DNA from: an uncultured Muribaculaceae bacterium
GTDB taxonomy: Bacteria; Bacteroidota; Bacteroidia; Bacteroidales; Muribaculaceae
Assembly: GCA_910579675.1 (NCBI GenBank)
Contig: CAJTUF010000013.1
Coordinates: forward strand, 15,668 to 79,667
Direction of reading: 5' to 3'
DNA: 64,000 nt
A program made the translations under genes and the position numbers. The notes under the pieces are model-generated. The model searched no databases. It was given only the letters and a program-made list of their open reading frames with translations, and was not told the origin of the DNA. This document shows positions 37,487 to 48,670 of this stretch, piece by piece (the stretch's first letter is position 1; every line of letters starts with the position of its first letter).

Positions 37487-40400
37487 ATGAGGAAAAAGTA
37501 TCAGAATCCCCTGTTGAGCGCCGCTATCATAGCAATGGCGGCTCCCGCGGCCATTGCCGCACCCGGGGCTGAACCTATGGCTGTTGTGGCTCCCCAGCCT
37601 CAGGCCAACTGCACCGGTACAGTTGTCGACAACACCGGCGAAGCCATGATCGGCGCTACCGTCAGGGCTGCCAACGACCCCAAGATTGCGAGTATGACCA
37701 ATGTCGACGGTCAGTTTACCCTGAAAAACGTCAAGCCCGGCACCACCATCGTTGTGTCGTATATCGGCTACAAGGATGCCACCGCCGTATGGAACGGCCA
37801 GCCCCTCGCTATAACCCTTGAGCCTGCTTCGTCGAGCCTCGACGAGGTTGTCGTGCTCGGTTATAACACCCAGAGCCGCGAGAGCCTCACCGGCGCTCTC
37901 TCTGTGGTGAAGGACGACAAACTCAAGGATGTCACCTCACCCTCGCTCACCAATATGCTCAACGGCAAGGCTGCCGGCGTATATGTAGCCAGCGGTTCCG
38001 GCCAGCCCGGCTCCGGCGGTGCTGTCGTGATCCGCGGTCAGGCCTCTCTCTCCGGCTCCACCGCTCCTATCTGGATCATCGACGGTGTCAATGTAGGCAC
38101 CTCGGCAGGCGACCTCAACCCCGACGACGTTGCCTCGATCACTCTTCTTAAAGACGCCGCCTCGACTGCCATCTACGGTGCCGACGGTGCAAACGGTGTT
38201 GTTGTCGTGACCACTAAGAAGGGTTCCGACGGCACCATGAATGTATCAGCATCTGCCAAGTTCGGTATCTCAAGGCTCAACAACGGCCGCATGGAGGTGA
38301 TGAACGGCGCCGAGCTCTACGACTATTATAGCTCGATGCAGGGTGCAGAGAAGCTCCAGACAATCGCCATGTGGACCCCCGAGCTCCGCAACCGCGACTA
38401 CGACTGGTGGAACGCCAACACCCACACCGGCTTCGCCCAGGACTATCATATATCTGTATCGGGTGGCAACGAGAAGCTCCGCTCCTATTTCTCGCTCGGC
38501 TACTACGATGAAGATGGCGCCGTGAAGGGCTATTCGTACAACAAGTACAGCTTCCGCGCTTCGACCGACTTCCGCCCCGCCAAGTGGATCAGCATCCGCC
38601 CCACAATCACAGGCTCAAAGCGTAAGATCAACGACCGCCAGCGCTCCGTGACCGATATGTACTCCAAGATGCCGTGGGATAGCCCATATCTCGAAGACGG
38701 CTCCCTTGCTCCCCACCGCTACAGCGGCTGGTGGAACGCTTCGGCCACCAACAACCTGCTCGACCTCAGCTACGGCAACTATGGTCAGAACCAGAACTAC
38801 GAATTCAACGGCAACTTCGACTTCGATATCTACATCACCGACTGGCTCACATTCCAGAGCGTGAATGCCTATCGCTACAACACCTATCGCTACCACGGCT
38901 ACACCGATCCCCGCTCAAGCAGCGGCGAGGGCGTGCAGGGTCGCATAAGTGAGAACTCGCAGAGCTGGACACGCAAGTCGACCAACCAGAAGTTCCTTAT
39001 CAACAAGACCTTCGGCGACAAGCACAAACTCAACGGTCTTATCGCTTATGAGTACCGCGACTATACCTACAACTGGATCGAGGGCGTAGGCACCGGCTTC
39101 ATCCCCGGCTTCCAGATCCTCTCCGTAACCGCCAAGCCCGAAACTGTAGGCGGCTCCATCAGCCAGGAGGCAGTCAGCTCCTACTTCACCAAGTGGAACT
39201 ACATGTACGACAACAAGTACCTCCTCGACGCATCGTTCCGCCGCGACGGCGCCTCCAACCTCGGCCAGCGCTGGGGCAACCTCTGGAGTGTCAGCGCCGG
39301 TTGGGTAATGAACCGCGAGAACTGGTTTACCGCACAGTGGGTCGACTACTTCAAGCTCCGCGCTTCCTACGGCTCTGTCGGCAACCGCCCCACCAGCCTC
39401 TATCCCCAGTATGACCTCTATAGCGTAGGCGTGAAATACGACGGCGCTGCTGGTGCCCTCATCAGCGTGATCGGTAATAAGGATCTCACCTGGGAGCGTA
39501 CATTTACCTTCGACGTGGGCTTCGATGCCAACTTCTTCAACGAGCGCCTCCGCACTTCGTTTGACTTCTACATCAAAAACACCGACAACATCCTCTACAA
39601 CGTGCCTGTTACCGGCCTCGTGGGTGTGACCTCCATCTACCGCAACGTGGGCAAGATGCGCAACACCGGCGTCGAGCTCAACATCGGCGGCGACATCATC
39701 ACCACCCAAGACTGGACATGGACCATGGACCTCAACCTGGCCCACAACGCCAATGAGCTCCGCGACCTCTATCCCCAGAGCAATGGCGACGGCACCTCGT
39801 CGGTACGTCCTGTGATCATCGGCGACGGCACCGGCATTGCCGGCTCGATCAGCCGTATCCTTGAAGTGGGCGAACCTATCGACACTTACTATGGCCGCGA
39901 ATGGGGCGGCGTCGATCCCGAAGACGGTACCCCGATGTGGTACATGACCGACGAAAACGGCAACCGCGTACTCACCCACAAGTATGCCGAGGCCGACGAA
40001 GTGAAGCTCGGCACCTTCAACCCCAAGGTGTTTGGCGCTCTCAACACCTCGCTCCGCTGGAAAGCCCTCGACCTCAACGCCAGCTTCGGTTTCTCCATCG
40101 GTGGCAAGATCTACAACTACTCGCGTCTGGAATATGACTCCGACGGTGCCTACACCGACCGCAACCAGATGAAGCTTCAGGATGGTTGGACCCGTTGGGA
40201 AAAACCCGGCGATATCGCCACTCACCCCCGCGCAGTCTACAACAACACCGACCAGGGCAACAAGGCTTCGAGCCGCTATCTCGAAAACAGCGACTACCTC
40301 AAGCTCCGCTCGCTCACCCTCGGCTACTCGATCCCCACTCCCCAGAACTGGGGCATCCGCAACCTCCGCGTAAGCCTCTCGGCCGAAAACCTCTTCTGCA

Positions 40401-40525
40401 TCACCAAATATTCAGGTGTTGATCCCGAGCTCCCCGCTTCCGGCGGCTCAGTCATGGGTTCTACCGGCCCCGGCGTCTACCCCTCCGTACGTCGCTTCTC
40501 GCTCGGTCTTAACCTCTCGTTCTGA
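37487..40525 (+). CDS. SusC/RagA family TonB-dependent outer-membrane transporter
   Basis: LDEVVVLGY, LKDAASTAIYGADGANGVVVVTTKKG, LTWE and C-terminal GLNLSF. Confidence 0.96.
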   Translation: MRKKYQNPLLSAAIIAMAAPAAIAAPGAEPMAVVAPQPQANCTGTVVDNTGEAMIGATVRAANDPKIASMTNVDGQFTLKNVKPGTTIVVSYIGYKDATAVWNGQPLAITLEPASSSLDEVVVLGYNTQSRESLTGALSVVKDDKLKDVTSPSLTNMLNGKAAGVYVASGSGQPGSGGAVVIRGQASLSGSTAPIWIIDGVNVGTSAGDLNPDDVASITLLKDAASTAIYGADGANGVVVVTTKKGSDGTMNVSASAKFGISRLNNGRMEVMNGAELYDYYSSMQGAEKLQTIAMWTPELRNRDYDWWNANTHTGFAQDYHISVSGGNEKLRSYFSLGYYDEDGAVKGYSYNKYSFRASTDFRPAKWISIRPTITGSKRKINDRQRSVTDMYSKMPWDSPYLEDGSLAPHRYSGWWNASATNNLLDLSYGNYGQNQNYEFNGNFDFDIYITDWLTFQSVNAYRYNTYRYHGYTDPRSSSGEGVQGRISENSQSWTRKSTNQKFLINKTFGDKHKLNGLIAYEYRDYTYNWIEGVGTGFIPGFQILSVTAKPETVGGSISQEAVSSYFTKWNYMYDNKYLLDASFRRDGASNLGQRWGNLWSVSAGWVMNRENWFTAQWVDYFKLRASYGSVGNRPTSLYPQYDLYSVGVKYDGAAGALISVIGNKDLTWERTFTFDVGFDANFFNERLRTSFDFYIKNTDNILYNVPVTGLVGVTSIYRNVGKMRNTGVELNIGGDIITTQDWTWTMDLNLAHNANELRDLYPQSNGDGTSSVRPVIIGDGTGIAGSISRILEVGEPIDTYYGREWGGVDPEDGTPMWYMTDENGNRVLTHKYAEADEVKLGTFNPKVFGALNTSLRWKALDLNASFGFSIGGKIYNYSRLEYDSDGAYTDRNQMKLQDGWTRWEKPGDIATHPRAVYNNTDQGNKASSRYLENSDYLKLRSLTLGYSIPTPQNWGIRNLRVSLSAENLFCITKYSGVDPELPASGGSVMGSTGPGVYPSVRRFSLGLNLSF

Positions 40526-40566
40526 TCTCAATCTGTCAAACACCCAGAATCATCCTATCAACAACA

Positions 40567-42291
40567 ATGAAAAAAGCTAAATATATATTTCTGGCTGCCG
40601 CCGCTGCCATGGCTCTCTCGCAGAGCTCCTGTAATGTGGAGCGCCTGCCCTACGGCTCCATGGCTACCGACCAGATCCAGCAGAATCCCGACAACTACCT
40701 CGACGCCTTGATGAACGGCGCCTATGCACAGCTCGGCTCATGGAGCGACCCGATGCACCGCTGCGGCGAATATGCCGGTGACAACGTTGCCATCCGCGGT
40801 TACTCGACCGACGCCTTCTTCGAGTTCATCTCCTACGCCCGCACACCCAACAACTATCGTCTCGACCAGTTCTGGAACTCAGGCTACAAGGCCATCGCCC
40901 AGGTGTCAAACATCATCAATATGTTTGAGGAGGGTCAGAGCGCAAGCGTTGACCAGTGTCTCGGCGAGTGCTACTACATGCGCGGAATGCTCTACTTCTA
41001 CTTCGTCCGCGCCTATGGCCGCCCCTACTATCAGGCTGCCGACCGCAACCTCGGCGTGCCCGTCGTAAACGGTACCCCCGACAACATCCTCAGCTCCGAC
41101 TTCTTCCTCTCCGACCGCAAGACCGTGAAGGAAAACTATGAGCTCATCATCGCCGACCTCGAGAAGGCCGCCCAGCTCATGAACGAGGATAAGGGCGCAT
41201 CGCGTCCCTCGGTTGGCGCCGCCAACGCCCTCCTCTCGCGTGTCTACCTCTACATGAGCGGCACCTATGAGAACCCCAACACCCAGTATGCCCAGAAGGC
41301 TATTGAATATGCCTCGAAGGTTATCGACTCGGGCGACTATCAGCTCCGTAGCCGTGAGAGCATCATGGAGTATATCAAACCTGCTCCCGACGCAAACCCC
41401 GAAGCCATCTTCGCCGTTAAGCGCATCGCTTCAGAGTACTCCGGATTTGACCACTACTATGGCGTAGGCGGCATGTATGCCAACATCGGCGGCATGGGTT
41501 GGGGCGAGATGTTTGCCTCGCAGAAGTATATGGATCTCCTCGACGAGACCGGCCGCAACGACTGGCGCAACGATAAGTTTGTCGACGCCCGCGCAGCATA
41601 TATCGAACCCACCTATCAGGATAAGGAAGTGGCCCGCTTCACTTTCGTTTCCGACAATGGCGACGTGAACTACGCTCAGCTCGATATCACCCGCAACGGC
41701 GTAGGCAACATCACCGCCAAGGATGGCGACGACACCTATCAGCTCACCCCCGTCGACGTTGACCAGGAGATCTACACCATCAACTACAAGGGTCAGACCT
41801 GCAAGGCCTACATCGACAACTTCATCACCCTCAACCGCGCCAACCCGCAGTTCTACATCAACAAGCAGAGCCGCGAGACTGAGGACAGCCACCTCTTCTC
41901 GCCCATGATCTCCCGCCTCGGCGAGATCTATCTGAACCGCGCTGAGGCTTATGCCAAGCTCGGCCAGTATGGCAACGCTCTTGCCGACCTCAACACCATC
42001 CGTACCCGCTCGATCGTCGACGGTGCCTACGACTCGCTCGACGCCACAAACGCTGCCGAGCGCATAGAGAAAGAGCGCACCCTTGAACTCGCCTTCGAGG
42101 CCGAGCGCAGCTACGATGTGTTCCGCAACGGTGGCCTCCTCACCCGCCACTATCCCGGTGCCCACACCCAGAGCATCGAAGTTCCCGCCACCGACTACCG
42201 CGTTGTTTACTACATTCCTCAGAATGCCATCAACGCTTATCCCGGTGTCATCACCCAGAACCCCACCAGCGACGCCGGTGTGATCCTCTGA
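40567..42291 (+). CDS. SusD/RagB family lipoprotein
   Basis: Lipoprotein Cys (SQSSC); GECYYMRG, RLGEIYLNRAEA, ERTLELAFE and QNP. Confidence 0.95.
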   Translation: MKKAKYIFLAAAAAMALSQSSCNVERLPYGSMATDQIQQNPDNYLDALMNGAYAQLGSWSDPMHRCGEYAGDNVAIRGYSTDAFFEFISYARTPNNYRLDQFWNSGYKAIAQVSNIINMFEEGQSASVDQCLGECYYMRGMLYFYFVRAYGRPYYQAADRNLGVPVVNGTPDNILSSDFFLSDRKTVKENYELIIADLEKAAQLMNEDKGASRPSVGAANALLSRVYLYMSGTYENPNTQYAQKAIEYASKVIDSGDYQLRSRESIMEYIKPAPDANPEAIFAVKRIASEYSGFDHYYGVGGMYANIGGMGWGEMFASQKYMDLLDETGRNDWRNDKFVDARAAYIEPTYQDKEVARFTFVSDNGDVNYAQLDITRNGVGNITAKDGDDTYQLTPVDVDQEIYTINYKGQTCKAYIDNFITLNRANPQFYINKQSRETEDSHLFSPMISRLGEIYLNRAEAYAKLGQYGNALADLNTIRTRSIVDGAYDSLDATNAAERIEKERTLELAFEAERSYDVFRNGGLLTRHYPGAHTQSIEVPATDYRVVYYIPQNAINAYPGVITQNPTSDAGVIL

Positions 42292-42315
42292 TTGATACTT
42301 TAGGTTTTTAGATAG

Positions 42316-42356
42316 ATGCGCCCCGATGCTCGAGAGAGAGCACCGGGGCGCATTTT
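42316..42356. terminator. Terminator after susD
   Basis: ATGCGCCCCG-A-TGCTC / GAGCA-C-CGGGGCGCAT followed by TTT. Confidence 0.8.
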
Positions 42357-42388
42357 GTCTATGCCACGGCTGACGGAATGGGAGTGCC

Positions 42389-42922
42389 TCAACGCTTGAT
42401 GACCGACAGCCCGAAGAGTCCGCGCCCAACCGGTATGGCAATCGTGTCGCCAAGGTGGGTGGCCGAGTAGCGGGCGCGGTCGAGATGGATAGGCTTGCGC
42501 CATCCGCCGGGAAGCGACACCTCCATGTAGTAGACCTTGTAGGGCTCACCCTTGACATATCGGTTGCGCCCCACACGCTTGCTGCGGTGGTGGGTCTCGG
42601 TGTAGAGACGCTCCACCACTGCCCTCTCCGTGTGAAGACTCGACTTCGACACGAAGCAGAAATTGAGAGCATAAAACAACGCCATTGCAACCCCCGTGGC
42701 CAAAACGACATGGCACAATGGAGGCAGCCACCCGAAACGGCTCCCGACAACACGGCGCCAGAGTCGCGCCGCAAGTGGATAGGACACCACTGCCAACGCC
42801 AGACAGGCCAGCGCGGGGCCCCATGGATTGACCAGCGTGATGGTGGCAAATCCGAGGGCGGCTCCATAGGCCATCATTGTCAGCATCACAATTACAACTA
42901 TTGTCACTGAATGTTTGCGCAT
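42389..42922 (-). CDS. Hypothetical membrane protein (3 TM plus basic soluble domain)
   Basis: Hydrophobic N-terminal helices; -7 box TAATTTTG at 42969-42962. Confidence 0.7.
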   Translation of the reverse strand: MRKHSVTIVVIVMLTMMAYGAALGFATITLVNPWGPALACLALAVVSYPLAARLWRRVVGSRFGWLPPLCHVVLATGVAMALFYALNFCFVSKSSLHTERAVVERLYTETHHRSKRVGRNRYVKGEPYKVYYMEVSLPGGWRKPIHLDRARYSATHLGDTIAIPVGRGLFGLSVIKR

Positions 42923-42990
42923 CTTTGATCTTAGTATTAATTTTGCACTGCAATTCTGAAGCAAAATTAGCTAAAATCGATCATACGGAA

Positions 42991-43803
42991 ATGAAAAAGA
43001 CATTCATCTATCTCTTTGTAGCCGCGATTGCAGCTCTCGCTCCCGCCAATATCTCGGCTCAGTTCAAACTCGGTCGCGCTATCCAAGGCGCTGCCAAGGC
43101 CGCCCAGGCCTTCACCCTCACCGATCAGCAGATGGCCGCTTATGTGAAGGAATCGGTCGACTGGATGGACAAGAACAATCCCGTGGCCGCCGACGACGAT
43201 CCCTATGCCATTCGTCTCAAGAAGCTCACCGAAGGCATAACCGACGCCGATGGCATACCTCTCAACTTCAAGGTCTACAAGGTGATCGACGTCAATGCCT
43301 TCGCATGCCCAGACGGCAGTGTGAGAGTGTTTTCGTCGTTAATGGACATAATGAACGACGATGAACTCCTCGGCATCATAGGCCATGAGATAGGCCATGT
43401 GGTGAAGCGCCACTCCAAAAACGGCTTCAAGCAGCAGCTCCTCACCGGCGCACTCAAAGATGCCGTGGCTTCAAGCGGCGGTGTGGCAGCGAAGCTCACC
43501 GACTCGCAGCTCGGCACCCTCGGCGAGGGTCTTATCGGCGCCAAATACTCGCAGAAGCAGGAGAAAGAAGCCGACGACTGCGGCTACGACTTCCTCGTGG
43601 CCAACGGTAAGAATCCCTGGGGTATGGTTATGTCGTTTGAGAAATTCCTCAACATGGAGGCTCAATCGGGCGTGAAGGCCGGTATGGTCGACCGTATGTT
43701 CAGCTCCCACCCCGACACTCAGGCACGCATCAATGCCATGACCGCCCGCTGCCAGAAGGATGGCTACGAGCGTCCCGCCGCCACCGAGGGCGCCGCTGAA
43801 TGA
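42991..43803 (+). CDS. M48 family metallopeptidase (LoiP/YcaL-like)
   Basis: VNAFACPDG, HEIGH, EKEADD and SSHP; -7 box TAATTTTG at 42938-42945. Confidence 0.92.
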   Translation: MKKTFIYLFVAAIAALAPANISAQFKLGRAIQGAAKAAQAFTLTDQQMAAYVKESVDWMDKNNPVAADDDPYAIRLKKLTEGITDADGIPLNFKVYKVIDVNAFACPDGSVRVFSSLMDIMNDDELLGIIGHEIGHVVKRHSKNGFKQQLLTGALKDAVASSGGVAAKLTDSQLGTLGEGLIGAKYSQKQEKEADDCGYDFLVANGKNPWGMVMSFEKFLNMEAQSGVKAGMVDRMFSSHPDTQARINAMTARCQKDGYERPAATEGAAE

Positions 43804-43821
43804 CCGGCCCGCCAAAACTGA

Positions 43822-43870
43822 AAAAAACGCGCCCCGCAGCCCAACATTAAGGCCGCGGGGCGCGTTTTTT
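43822..43870. terminator. Intrinsic terminator after the M48 gene
   Basis: AAAAAACGCGCCCCGC / GCGGGGCGCGTTTTTT. Confidence 0.85.
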
Positions 43871-43874
43871 AAGC

Positions 43875-45209
43875 ATGCCCATCAGTTCGTCCCATATGCC
43901 TCTGATCGACTTCCTGCGCCGCAATGCAGCGCGGAGAGGTCCATTTGTCCTGGTATGTTTCATTCTTGGGCTGATGGCAGGAAGCGGAGCGTTTATGCTC
44001 AAGCGCCTCACCGCGCTCATCTCGCGTCTGGCCACCGACGGGGTGGCCGCCGATACAATACCGTGGCGGTTCCTATGGCTCCCGATCGTGGGGGTGGTGT
44101 TGGCCGGCATTCTGCAGCGCTACATAGTCAGGCAACCGCTCGACCACGGCACCCGGCGCATCAACGAAGCCCTGCGCTCGCGGGGTTGCCGCATCGCCCC
44201 TTCCACCATTCTCTCGCCTATAGCAGGCGCATCATTCACCCTCGGGCTCGGCGGATCGGCCGGATCAGAAGGCCCGATAGCCTATGCGTCGGCTGCCATG
44301 GGGAGCAATCTCGGGCGCCTGTTGGGAATGCCGCCGCGCCTCATGGCCGCACTTGTGGCAATAGGAGGCGGAGCAGGTATCGCAGGTATATTCAAGTCGC
44401 CAGTGGGAGGATTTTTCTTTGCCATAGAGGTACTGTCTGTCGAGCTGTCGGGCATAAGCATCGTCGGGCTGGCCGTGGCTTGCATCACGGCGGGCATGAC
44501 AGCCTTCGTGCTCAGCGGCTTCACTCCCGATGTAGTGTTCAGCCACATCCCGCCACTTGAGCCACGGCTACTGCTATGGGCCCTTCCGCTCGGTGTGGTG
44601 TGCGGGCTCTATTCCATCTACTATTCATTTATCGGCAACCGGATAGGGCGCTTCTACACCACCATGCGCCATCCTGCTCTGAAGTGGGTGGCCTCGGGCA
44701 TGTCGATAGGTCTGCTGATATTCGCTCTGCCGTCGCTCTACGGCGAGGGTTACGGAGTGATAGCCCGCATCCTCGACGGCCACGGCATAGAGGCCCTGAC
44801 CTACGGTAGCATCATCGGAATGATTGGCCATATGTCGCCCCTCGCCACCCTGCTGCTCCTCAGCGGAGCGGCTGCGCTGGTCAAGAGCATTGCCTCGGCA
44901 TCGACCAACGATGGCGGCGGCGTGGCGGGCGATTTCGCCCCAACGATATTTGCCGGAGCGGTGGTGGGATTTTTCTTCGCCGCAGTAGCTACTATGGCAA
45001 CTCATGCCGATGTGTCACTTCCGGCTCTCGTGCTCATGGCCATGGGCGGAGTGATGGCTGGAGCTGTCAGGGCTCCGCTTATGGCCATGTTTATTGTGGC
45101 TGAGATGACCGGAGCCTACTCCCTGCTGCTGCCGGTGGCATTGACAGCCACCTTGTCGTATCTTATCGTGAAGCTGGCCTCTCTCAGAAGCGCGCGCAGC
45201 GGCTCATGA
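43875..45209 (+). CDS. ClC family chloride channel / Cl-/H+ antiporter, no CBS domains
   Basis: [24 protein letters not shown] and EMTG; the start may be 43896. Confidence 0.88.
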   Translation: MPISSSHMPLIDFLRRNAARRGPFVLVCFILGLMAGSGAFMLKRLTALISRLATDGVAADTIPWRFLWLPIVGVVLAGILQRYIVRQPLDHGTRRINEALRSRGCRIAPSTILSPIAGASFTLGLGGSAGSEGPIAYASAAMGSNLGRLLGMPPRLMAALVAIGGGAGIAGIFKSPVGGFFFAIEVLSVELSGISIVGLAVACITAGMTAFVLSGFTPDVVFSHIPPLEPRLLLWALPLGVVCGLYSIYYSFIGNRIGRFYTTMRHPALKWVASGMSIGLLIFALPSLYGEGYGVIARILDGHGIEALTYGSIIGMIGHMSPLATLLLLSGAAALVKSIASASTNDGGGVAGDFAPTIFAGAVVGFFFAAVATMATHADVSLPALVLMAMGGVMAGAVRAPLMAMFIVAEMTGAYSLLLPVALTATLSYLIVKLASLRSARSGS

Positions 45210-46266
45210 GAGCGGCGTCGAGAATAGTGAGTGCCGCCATAGCCTCGACCACCGGCACCGCACGTGCCACCACACACGGGTCGTGGCGCCCGCGCGCTCT
45301 CAACACAGTGGGCTCACCACCGTCGGTGATGGTCGGCACATCGCGCAGCAGAGTGGCCACAGGTTTGAACGCCACCCTGAAATAAATGTCGGCTCCATTG
45401 CTTATGCCCCCCTGGATGCCTCCCGAATGGTTGGCGGCAAAGCTGATGCTCCCGTCGACCGGGTCGATCTCAAAGGGGTCGATGGCCTCGCTGCCGCGCA
45501 TGGATGCTCCGGCAAATCCCATTCCGTAGTCAAATCCCTTGGCGGCATTGATGCCGAGCATGGCGGCCCCGAGCATAGCGTGGAGCTTGCCAAACACCGG
45601 ATCGCCCAATCCTGCAGGACAGCCCTTGACCACACACTCCACGATTCCGCCTATAGTGTCGCCATCGGCTTTCACCTCCTTGATCAGCTCGATCATGCGC
45701 GAGGCAGTGGCCGGATCAGGACACCGCACTATATTGCTGTCTATTACAGCCGGATCGTAAGCGTCGTAAGGGAGGGGGAGCTCTATATCGCCCACGCTGC
45801 GGGTGAAAGCATAAATGGATATGCCCATCCTGTCGAGTGCCTGCGCCGCTATCGCACCGGCGGCCACACGCGCCACGGTCTCACGGGCGCTTGATCGACC
45901 CCCTCCGCGGTGGTCACGGATGCCATAGCGGGCTGTATAAGTATAGTCGGCATGGCTCGGACGGAATGTGTGGGCCATATTGTCGTAGTCGGAGGAGTGA
46001 TGGTCGGCATTGCGCACCTCAAATGCAATCGGGGTGCCGGTGGTCACGCCGTCGAGCAATCCAGATAGAATCTCCACCCGGTCGGCCTCGGCGCGGGCAG
46101 TAGTGATGGCGCTCTGGCCGGGGCGACGGCGATCGAGCGCCCGCTGAACCGATTTGATGTCGATGGCCACTCCGGCCGGCATGCCGTCGAGGATGCCGCC
46201 CACGGCGGCTCCATGGCTCTCCCCATAGGTGGTGAGGCGTAAGATGGTTCCAAAAGTATTACTCAT
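45184..46266 (-). CDS. aroC: Chorismate synthase
   Basis: [26 protein letters not shown] and RGRHDPCV. Confidence 0.97.
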   Translation of the reverse strand: MSNTFGTILRLTTYGESHGAAVGGILDGMPAGVAIDIKSVQRALDRRRPGQSAITTARAEADRVEILSGLLDGVTTGTPIAFEVRNADHHSSDYDNMAHTFRPSHADYTYTARYGIRDHRGGGRSSARETVARVAAGAIAAQALDRMGISIYAFTRSVGDIELPLPYDAYDPAVIDSNIVRCPDPATASRMIELIKEVKADGDTIGGIVECVVKGCPAGLGDPVFGKLHAMLGAAMLGINAAKGFDYGMGFAGASMRGSEAIDPFEIDPVDGSISFAANHSGGIQGGISNGADIYFRVAFKPVATLLRDVPTITDGGEPTVLRARGRHDPCVVARAVPVVEAMAALTILDAALMSRCARF

Positions 46267-46759
46267 TGTCGGGCGATGTGGATATATCCTGAAAAGAGGC
46301 GCGCGCCACGGCGGCCAGATCGGCCGGAGAGATCTCGGCCTGAAGACCGCGCACTCCGGCGCTGACATAGATGGTGTCGAAACCGGTGGCTGTGGCGTCG
46401 ATAAATGTAGGGAAATGCTTTTTCATGCCTATGGGCGAGCAGCCGCCGCGTATGTAGCCCGTGAGGGGCAGCAGCTCCTTCATGGCTATCAGCTCGGCTT
46501 TCTTGTCGCCCGCGGCCTTGGCCGCTTTCTTGAGATCGACCTCGCGGTTGCCCGGCACGACACACACAAAGTGGCCCGTGCGCTCGCCATGGAGCACTAT
46601 GGTCTTGAACACGCGGCGGATATCCTCGCCCAGCTCCTCTGCCACATGGGCTGCGGCAAGATCGTCGGGATCAACGGTATAGGGGATCAGCCGATAGGCC
46701 ACGCCGGCCTTGTCGAGCAGGCGCGCCGCATTGGTCTTGTTGATTTTCTGCTGGCTCAT
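46259..46759 (-). CDS. ybaK: Cys-tRNA(Pro) deacylase
   Basis: [27 protein letters not shown] and VSAGVRG. Confidence 0.94.
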   Translation of the reverse strand: MSQQKINKTNAARLLDKAGVAYRLIPYTVDPDDLAAAHVAEELGEDIRRVFKTIVLHGERTGHFVCVVPGNREVDLKKAAKAAGDKKAELIAMKELLPLTGYIRGGCSPIGMKKHFPTFIDATATGFDTIYVSAGVRGLQAEISPADLAAVARASFQDISTSPDNE

Positions 46760-46844
46760 ATCATCTGCAAAGGTAAGCATTTATTTTGGCGGGAGAGCCG
46801 CCGCAGCGCAATAATCGCGCCCGGGCGACGTTATGTTTTTACGA

Positions 46845-47587
46845 TGAACCGACGATGCCTGAATATCATGCAGCTCATGCGGAGGCCCCTGACAGTGCTT
46901 CTGCTGATGATCTGCTGCCTTTCCGCCGAGGGCCAGAGGCGCAACGACAAGGTGCTCAACCGCCCCTATGCCGACAATAGGGCATGGCATCTCGGATTTG
47001 GCGTAGGGGTGCAGACTCTCGATCTCGCCTTTACCCACAATGGCTTCACAGCACCCGACGGCAGCACATGGTTTATGGAGCAACCATCGTTTTCGCCCGG
47101 CTTCAATGTCAACTTCCTCATCGACTTCCGCCTCTCCAACTATTTCAACCTCCGACTGTCGCCGGGGATGTATTTCGGCAACCGCGAGGTGAAGATGGTC
47201 GACACCACCCTCGGAGGCGAAGATGGCCAGAATATCAAATCGACCTTCGTGGCCCTGCCAGTCGATCTGCGATTCTCGGCAATACGATACGGCAATGTCA
47301 AGCCCTATCTCACGGCGGGAGCCATGGCTGTGGCCGACGTCGCTAAGAAACGCGACGACTATCTGCGTCTCAAGACCTTCGACGCTTATCTCACCATAGG
47401 CTTCGGCTGCGACTTCTACCTGCCCTATTTCAAACTGAGCCCCGAGCTGAAATTCTGCTTCGGTCTCAGCGACATACTCCAGCACAAGCGTCCTGACCTC
47501 GACGAGAATCCGGCCGCGCAAAAGTTCACCCAATCGCTCTCCAAGGCTACGTCGTCGATGGTGATACTCACATTTTACTTTGAATGA
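46845..47587 (+). CDS. porT: Type IX secretion outer-membrane protein PorT/SprT
   Basis: NRPYADNRAWHLGF, GCDFYLPYFKLSPELKFCFG and C-terminal LTFYFE; the start may be 46869. Confidence 0.88.
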
Positions 47588-48651
47588 TGCACCGTCACAA
47601 TCAGCTTCAACTCACCCTGCCTTTGCGCCTTATCCTTGTGTGCGCGGCTCTATGGCTTGGCATAGCCGGGGCCAGCGCCCAATATGCCGAGCCCATGATG
47701 AGCCAGTATTATGAGCTCCCGTCATTCTATAACCCCGGAGCCATGGGGCGCACCGATTTTATCCGCGTCAGAGCCGGAGGCCGCCTGCAGTGGGTAGGCA
47801 TCGACCGCGCCCCGGTGTCGGTGGCCGGAGTGGCCGATATGCCGTTCAAGATTGGCAAGCGGCGGCTCGCAACCGGCCTGGCCCTCCAGCATGAGAGCTA
47901 CGGCCTCTACCGCAACATGACTCTCGGCGCAATGATAGCCTACCGAATGAAATTTCTTGGTGGTACCCTCTCGCCCGGCCTGCGGATAGGCCTCCTCAAC
48001 CAGAGCTTCAAGGGCTCGGAGGTGTATATCCCCGATGACGACGACTTCCACAATCCCACCGACGAAGCTCTACCCACGAGCGATGTGGGAGGCAACGCCC
48101 TCGACCTCGGAGCGGGCCTCACCTATGAGCGGCGCGGCTTCATGGCGGGCGTGAGTGTGCTCCACGCCAACTCCCCCACCGTGAGATTCACCTCCGACGG
48201 TATCGGGTCGGGAGCGATCAGCGGATCGCGCGACGGCACCCCCGGCGACACTCCATCGTCGCCCGAGGGAGTTAAAAATTACGAATTTCATGTAAGCCCC
48301 ACTCTTTATTTTACCCTTGCGGGCAATATCCCGATAAAAAACACGTTGTTTGAAGTGTTGCCGTCGGCCATGATAGTGTCGGATTTCAGCGACATCACCG
48401 GCATAGCCACAGCCCGCTTCCGCTACAACAAGATGGTGAGCGCAGGCCTCAGCTACCGCTACCGCGACGGCGTGGCCCTCCACCTTGGCCTTGAGATCAA
48501 AAACTTCTATGCGGGCTACACCTACGAATATCCGCTGTCGGAGATCAGCAAAGCCTCGTCGGGGAGCCACGAGCTCGTGGCCGGCTACTCGTTCAAGCTC
48601 GACTTGAGCGACAAAAACCGACATAAGCACAAGAGCATACGCATCCTCTAA
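47584..48651 (+). CDS. porP: Type IX secretion PorP/SprF family membrane protein
   Basis: SQYY..YNPGAMG, RLQWVGIDRAP and GSHEL; directly upstream of porK. Confidence 0.9.
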   Translation: MMHRHNQLQLTLPLRLILVCAALWLGIAGASAQYAEPMMSQYYELPSFYNPGAMGRTDFIRVRAGGRLQWVGIDRAPVSVAGVADMPFKIGKRRLATGLALQHESYGLYRNMTLGAMIAYRMKFLGGTLSPGLRIGLLNQSFKGSEVYIPDDDDFHNPTDEALPTSDVGGNALDLGAGLTYERRGFMAGVSVLHANSPTVRFTSDGIGSGAISGSRDGTPGDTPSSPEGVKNYEFHVSPTLYFTLAGNIPIKNTLFEVLPSAMIVSDFSDITGIATARFRYNKMVSAGLSYRYRDGVALHLGLEIKNFYAGYTYEYPLSEISKASSGSHELVAGYSFKLDLSDKNRHKHKSIRIL

Positions 48652-48670
48652 GCACTCTATATATCAAGAT

